Origin: Phoronis australis
Lineage: Eukaryota > Animalia > Phoronida
Length of the DNA stretch: 64,000 nt
Assembly: GCA_002633005.1 (NCBI GenBank)
Contig: NMRA01000029.1
Location: forward strand, 167,707 to 231,706
Direction of reading: 5' to 3'
Shown: positions 59,101 through 64,000 of the stretch, piece by piece
Layout: each line of letters starts with the position of its first letter
How positions within the stretch are numbered: the stretch's first letter is position 1
Notes under the pieces: model-generated
The model's database searches: none
Told to the model about the DNA's origin: nothing
The model's input: only the letters and a program-made list of their open reading frames with translations
Program-made: the position numbers and the translations under genes

Positions 59101-62100
59101 CAGTCACGAGAGTTGACTACTCTGATGATTAATTTGGCTCCTGCCCTGCAATCATGACGTGGGAATTCTTGGTCATTTTGTCTACTTAAAATTTCACACG
59201 CCTGCCATCTGGTGTGTAAGTGTTCACTATGTCTGTGTTCCGTAGACTTAGTACAGTAGCCATGTACTTAAAGCAAACAAATCTTTGCTTATGGAATGGA
59301 AACTGTGAATGGTATCCCATAAATAAATGCAACATTCCAACTTCATAGACCAATCTCTTCAGTGGCTGCCATGTCGCTAGGTTATGTTAGTGAGGTCTCG
59401 AGTGTTCTCACAAAACACTCGCTATTCACTTGAGTGGTATCGTTTTTCTCACAAGAGACTTGGTCTACGGAACGTTACCCATATGTCATAGCGTGTTATT
59501 TTTTCGCAGAACTAATGAAAGAACCAGTACTGCAAGACAAGCGGCATGAACATGTGAAGTTTTACAAGTACGCCAATGAGTTGACGGAGATGGTGTCTGG
59601 CAAATCACCTCGCGTCGGTCTCGATGGTTCGCTGGAGACCATTCACAGAGTAAGTGGTGCCATCTGCTGAGTTTTCACGTATAGTGCACGCCAAAGATAA
59701 TCAGACGAAATTCTGTTTCCCATGGCAACCTGTCATTCCAGCTGTTGTCATAGTGAATTATGTCTGCACTCGGCCATCAGGACATAGAATTTTGCATGTA
59801 TTGGATTCTCATCACAAGAATGTTATGTATTATTTTGTATGGTGACCTTTTATGTATACTGTAGTGAGTTTTTCTATTGTAATAAATATTGTATTGTTAG
59901 ATGCTATGTTGTGTATAATTTGTAAATAATAATGTTGTAGAGAATACTTAAGCAGATTTGAATTGTGATTGAGAAGGTTTTTCAAGAACATAATCTCTGG
60001 TAACATGTAAACCCTCCTTGTTCAGATTTGAATTGTGATTACATTTTTTTCGTTTACCTTTTATCAAGCCATTTCAGTTAATTCCTCTATTCCTTTCTGA
60101 GGATTATTGGTCAAAATGTTTATTCTTCCCAAGTTAGAATCGATTTCCACACCCAGCAATATTTGTGAGATAGGGAGCCAGTGAATATATAATGCTTTAC
60201 GGCGCTTTCTTGGCTTAATTTCATTTAGTGTACTTTGTATTTTTCATAATAATCATTTTAAAAAAGAAGAGTCGTAATATAACCAGTTTTTCCCCGTATA
60301 TCGCCAGGCAACAGTCGTTGCGGAAACGCGCATCACATATGACGAACGAGAATTGCTGCAGTTGATACAGGACCACCTGGTGTCACGAGGCCTGACGGAG
60401 TCTGCGCGGGCACTCCAGAATGAGGCCAGTCTCCCGACGCGGTGCACGACTCCACCAGCGCTGCCGCACCCAATCACTCCGCAGATCTACTCATCAGCAC
60501 AGAAGAATGTAGTGAGTCTGGCCATTAAAAATTTGATTTTGTGGATTTAGTATTATGCACAATCTTTACTGGTTGACCAACTCAGTTCATATTACTGTAA
60601 GGGATTGTGATGATGGTTTAGACTTTCACACTATTGGCATTTTTACAGTTTTCCAAGCGGACTGAACATGTCCATGGCAAGCAGTCGGAGGTCAAGATAC
60701 ACATAGCACTTGTGAAATGTTGCAAATCTGGGCCAATGAATTATTATTAGAGATTAGTGTTGAAAAGTTTTCAAATTTGGTTTTAATTGCGAAACTTTGT
60801 TAGTTTGATGTATGTATTTGACAGAATTTTTTGTCGCCTGATATTTTGTCAGTTGGAAATTGCGTATAACCTAGAAGGAAGCAAGAGTCTCTTTTCTTTA
60901 AAAATCATAAATTGTGCGTGATCATTTGTTTACAGATGAGGCAGACCAGCGTCGGCACGTCAACCAACTTTGGCACACCTTCTACCTCAGCCACGCCCGG
61001 CACCAGTAGCCGTCCGTGCCCCGGGACACCCGGCACCCCACTGGCACCCATCAAAGTCAACATTATTCAGAGTAAGGCACAATCATCTCCAGCTCTGAAC
61101 ATCTCAGGACCCTCAAAGGTAACGTTTCAGCCGTGTCAAATACATTTATGTGTTGGATTTTGGTTATGCTCATAACATGTCCTCTGTTCACAACTAGTGA
61201 TACTATTATTTTGGGACACACATGTGCTTCAATGGCAAGTTAGAAGACATGAAGACGACTTAAAGTTTCTGTTTTCCAGGAGTTGTTTTATTTTCTCACT
61301 TTCCAAGTTGTGGATTTTTGGATTTTCCAAAAGTTCTTGCTTTCTTCAGCTATAGCTGCCATTAATGTTATTCTCCGCATGTTTCCACTAGGTGTCTCGT
61401 ATTAAGACAGGGCGAACACGGTCTGATATGCCATGCATGTACAGTAGTCCAGGGTGGACCCCCCGACGGGCATTTAAGCGGTCGACGCAGGAGGCGAGCG
61501 TGAGTCTAAACAAGATTGTGACAGAATACCTTAAACAGCAGCACGCTCTGTGTAAGAACCCTGTGGTCACGTGTCCGGTATTCTCACTTCTCGAGTAAGT
61601 CACATTGTTGGTGTGTCGTGTTTATAAAAACAACACAATGTTTTCAGTTGCATGCGATCTTGTTTTCCTTCTTAGTGAACATTTTTTTACTAAACCACGT
61701 GTTGTTCGAGACAAATTGACGTTCCAGATGCCTTGGATGGGGATCGTGAGATAATATCTAAAAAATCACTGTATCATGTATGAGGAAGCTTAATTATATC
61801 ATGAACTTCTCCATACTACTATGGTCACAAAGGCCTGCAGCTTTCACATTGGTTGCAGGTTTGGATTAAAAGTTGCTTTAAATACTGCACAAGCATTTGA
61901 CATTAAAAAACCTAAATAAAAACTAGACCACTTGCTTACCTTTGAAATATTCTTGGCTTCAAAATTTTTCTTACCGTGATATATGTCATGTCATTACCTT
62001 GGCTCATTACAATGTAGCTATTGCTGTAACACATAGCCTAGTACTTAATTTATGTTGCTGCCAAGAAACAGTTGCAGATCATGCCTCAGACCAGATGAAT

Positions 62101-63545
62101 GTTAGAACTGATGCTATCAAGGCAAAGTCAATTTTAACTGGCTTAACAATCATATTTCTTGCTTTCGTGTGACCAACATATGGTGTACAAGAAGATTAAT
62201 AATTCTTACCTATACTTTAAGTTTTGATGTTTTGAAAATATTTTGTTTCAAATCACTTGGTGCACTGTGTCTATGTAATCCTCAGACCCCACCGATGTCC
62301 AGACCCCAAACAGTACATTACGGCACCTACCAACATCACGTCCAGGATGTTCAGGCGATCGGTGAGTGGCAGACTGTAGAATTGATTGGACATTTGAGTT
62401 AGGGTTACTATCAGCATCTGCAATTTACAAAAGCAGGAGGTGTGTCCTAGTGAGTTGAGTGTCTGCCTCTACTACAGTAGTCACCTTATGTTACCAACAT
62501 GTGTTCTTATGGCACCTATATATTTTTACTAGTTTTATATGATTTTAGTTTATTGTGACTATCTTTGTTTAGTACTGTTTTCTGATGTAGCGTCCTTTTG
62601 CCTTAATTTGTTAATCCTGTTCTCTTGTACCCCAAAAGGGGTCGTTACATGTATTAGAGAGACGAATATACTCTCTCTAAACTTTCTCGGGTGGTAGGTT
62701 TAAATACCACTGAACCCCACTGCTAGACCCTTCAGTCAGGTCTCTAGCTCCTCAGCTCGGTCTTTATTTCTGTATATATGTAAATTTGTTATACACACAC
62801 ACACANACACATGTATATATGTGTGTGTATTGATAAAACGGTGTTTGATGCAGTAGGATCGACTAAGCAGCCTGCACACATGATGCAATGTTTATCAGAC
62901 CACCTGCACCATTTATAAAACGATGGTCACAATGCTAACTTTTTTCTTGTCATTAGCGTCGTGACAGAAATCATATAATGATAATGAAAATGGTTTTCTA
63001 ATATTTTTAAAGCCAGTTCGAAATCACCTTCTGCCAGAAATGATCTGATTAAGACAAATTGCCATTCTGCAACTGGTTACAATTTGTTTCTTACTCTAGT
63101 CTGAAGAAGGAGCAATTTGAGATCAATTTTACAATGGCATGTGACCTAAGTCAAAAGTTGTGGAGACAGTTGCTTAGCAGCTTCAAACTATATGGTAATA
63201 ATGCCAGCAGTGGATTATAATAAGTTGGGTCCTCTCTGAAACTTGGAATTAATTGTTATTTCTTATCTGAAGCTTTCCTAAGTTTCTATAATTTCCTGAG
63301 CATTTGACGAAGCAGTATGCACCAAGTACTTGGAGAAGTTATTGTGTTAGTATGTACAAAACCAGTTTGAACAGATAACATGTTCTTAAAAACGTTGCTT
63401 TGTTTTCTTGTGTCAGGGTTTTCCAAAGTTTGGTGGGCCGGAGGGTGACCGCTTTGACAGGAAGTACATCTACAGCAAATTTCGACCAATCAGGTCGTAC
63501 CGTGACTCTGAGGCTGACGGATGCTTCTCCAGCTGTGCATTCTCG
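44018..63545 (+). CDS. DCAF1: DDB1- and CUL4-associated factor 1 (VprBP), 3'-partial; 22 coding exons in window
   Basis: All introns GT-AG with compatible phases. Motifs [55 protein letters not shown], LisH ([26 protein letters not shown]), [36 protein letters not shown]40 region continues beyond right edge. Confidence 0.96.
46494..46649 (-). mobile_element. MITE family B copy, nested
   Basis: CAGTGGCAGATTTAG...AATCCTGGATCTGCCTCTG; flanks ACTTT/ACTTA. Confidence 0.72.
47141..47293 (+). mobile_element. Hairpin MITE, family A copy 3, nested
   Basis: Near-identical to 11123-11289, with two ACGCTAGGACCT units. Confidence 0.75.
47806..47882 (+). CDS. DCAF1: DCAF1 exon 2
   Basis: [25 protein letters not shown]. 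Confidence 0.94.
48470..48543 (+). CDS. DCAF1: DCAF1 exon 3
   Basis: [24 protein letters not shown]. Confidence 0.93.
49019..49141 (+). CDS. DCAF1: DCAF1 exon 4
   Basis: MVGAYFL...[20 protein letters not shown]. Confidence 0.92.
49786..49923 (+). CDS. DCAF1: DCAF1 exon 5
   Basis: [40 protein letters not shown]. Confidence 0.92.
50510..50918 (+). CDS. DCAF1: DCAF1 exon 6
   Basis: [12 protein letters not shown] then Ser/Thr-rich insert; G|GTTAGT. Confidence 0.86.
51863..51999 (+). CDS. DCAF1: DCAF1 exon 7
   Basis: [14 protein letters not shown]...[15 protein letters not shown]. Confidence 0.92.
53221..53283 (+). repeat. 23-bp tandem repeat (2.7 copies) running into the DCAF1 exon 8 acceptor
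   Basis: TGACCTRATTATTTSCTGTACGA starting at 53221, 53244 and 53267. Confidence 0.85.
53284..53385 (+). CDS. DCAF1: DCAF1 exon 8
   Basis: [34 protein letters not shown]. Confidence 0.92.
53704..53903 (+). CDS. DCAF1: DCAF1 exon 9
   Basis: [15 protein letters not shown]...[25 protein letters not shown]. Confidence 0.94.
54828..54966 (+). CDS. DCAF1: DCAF1 exon 10
   Basis: [19 protein letters not shown]...DGLRKLLNT. Confidence 0.94.
55410..55566. mobile_element. Short MITE (CAGGGCCCTCA...TCGAGAGCCCTG)
   Basis: Imperfect TIRs; internal similarity to 8075-8403 and 35729-35915. Confidence 0.55.
55595..55804 (+). CDS. DCAF1: DCAF1 exon 11
   Basis: MSTLEL...[23 protein letters not shown]...PPFK. 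Confidence 0.93.
56326..56495 (+). CDS. DCAF1: DCAF1 exon 12
   Basis: [31 protein letters not shown]. Confidence 0.92.
56785..56919 (+). CDS. DCAF1: DCAF1 exon 13
   Basis: [21 protein letters not shown]; phase 2-2. Confidence 0.9.
57211..57313 (+). CDS. DCAF1: DCAF1 exon 14
   Basis: [30 protein letters not shown]. Confidence 0.92.
57710..57826 (+). CDS. DCAF1: DCAF1 exon 15
   Basis: IGGRYIS...[19 protein letters not shown]. Confidence 0.88.
58644..58797 (+). CDS. DCAF1: DCAF1 exon 16
   Basis: [30 protein letters not shown]...QIMSKLPLF. Confidence 0.93.
59510..59649 (+). CDS. DCAF1: DCAF1 exon 17
   Basis: [21 protein letters not shown]...DGSLETIHR. Confidence 0.93.
60308..60511 (+). CDS. 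DCAF1: DCAF1 exon 18 (LisH)
   Basis: [24 protein letters not shown]...; tandem donors GTAGTGAGT allow an end at 60508 or 60511. Confidence 0.9.
60936..61118 (+). CDS. DCAF1: DCAF1 exon 19 (Pro/Ser/Thr-rich)
   Basis: TTACAG acceptor, AAG|GTAACG donor, 183 nt open. Confidence 0.82.
61392..61594 (+). CDS. DCAF1: DCAF1 exon 20
   Basis: [30 protein letters not shown]. Confidence 0.93.
62286..62361 (+). CDS. DCAF1: DCAF1 exon 21
   Basis: [25 protein letters not shown]. Confidence 0.92.
62770..62830. repeat. (TA)/(CA)/(TG) microsatellite
   Basis: ATACACACACACACANACACATGTATATATGTGTGTGTAT. Confidence 0.8.
63417..63545 (+). CDS. DCAF1: DCAF1 exon 22 (start of WD40 region)
   Basis: [43 protein letters not shown]. 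Confidence 0.93.
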
Positions 63546-64000
63546 GTAAATGAACCATTTCATTTTGCAAGTAACTCTCTATTTTTGCCTTCTGGAGTCA
63601 GGCTGGCTCGAATGATATGGGAATTCTTCTCTTATTTCGCACAAAAATAATTGCCAAACGGTCATTTTTTCCATTTTGCAATTTAGGCTGATTGCCTTTT
63701 TGCAAATGAGAATTTTAGATGATGTTATTTTATGACATCTACACACCACAATCCATGCTTGTTATCGATATTGTTCTTAATCAGATCCTGTATTTTGCGA
63801 AGAAATTTAACAAAATATAACTTCACTTGTCGGCCATATTGTGTGAAAGAGCCGAGTGGCGGAGTGCTTGGATTGGCTACTTCCATCATATTTGCCAGGA
63901 GAGGAAGAGTACTTCCTGTGTTTTTTATTTTGTTATTTAGTATTCATTAAACTCACGACATTGATTTTCATACATTCTCACTCAAACTCTTTGTATATTT

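Noticed and set aside
1-64000. tRNA, rRNA, snRNA genes and U12-type introns
   Set aside because: None recognised by eye; all modelled introns are ordinary GT-AG. A covariance-model scan would be needed to exclude them.

Overview
Eukaryotic (invertebrate animal) genomic DNA, AT-rich with short GT-AG introns and two N gaps (14516-15222, 30736-31374). Three multi-exon genes can be assembled by hand with consistent splice phases. (1) BRPF1/peregrin on the - strand: 11 coding exons at 9079-331, running off the left edge; C2H2, EPC-like, PHD-Zn knuckle-PHD and bromodomain. (2) A complete 220-aa Mu-class glutathione S-transferase on the - strand: 8 exons at 39474-19816. Its exon 3 occurs twice because a 3.7-kb block is duplicated around a gap and a Hero-type retrotransposon end; this is probably two alleles assembled in tandem. 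(3) DCAF1/VprBP on the + strand: 22 exons at 44018-63545, running off the right edge. Non-coding space is dense in transposon relics: a nested Harbinger-like stack, several MITE families, Helentron-associated (HINE/DINE-1-like) elements whose core repeats each carry a CTCF-like motif, CR1/L2-group LINE tails, a Penelope-like tail with a variant minimal hammerhead ribozyme, and a Hero 3' UTR with pseudoknot potential and hammerhead-core words. I found no clearly new protein system; the best leads are the RNA structures and the CTCF-motif arrays. All calls are by eye; no searches were run.
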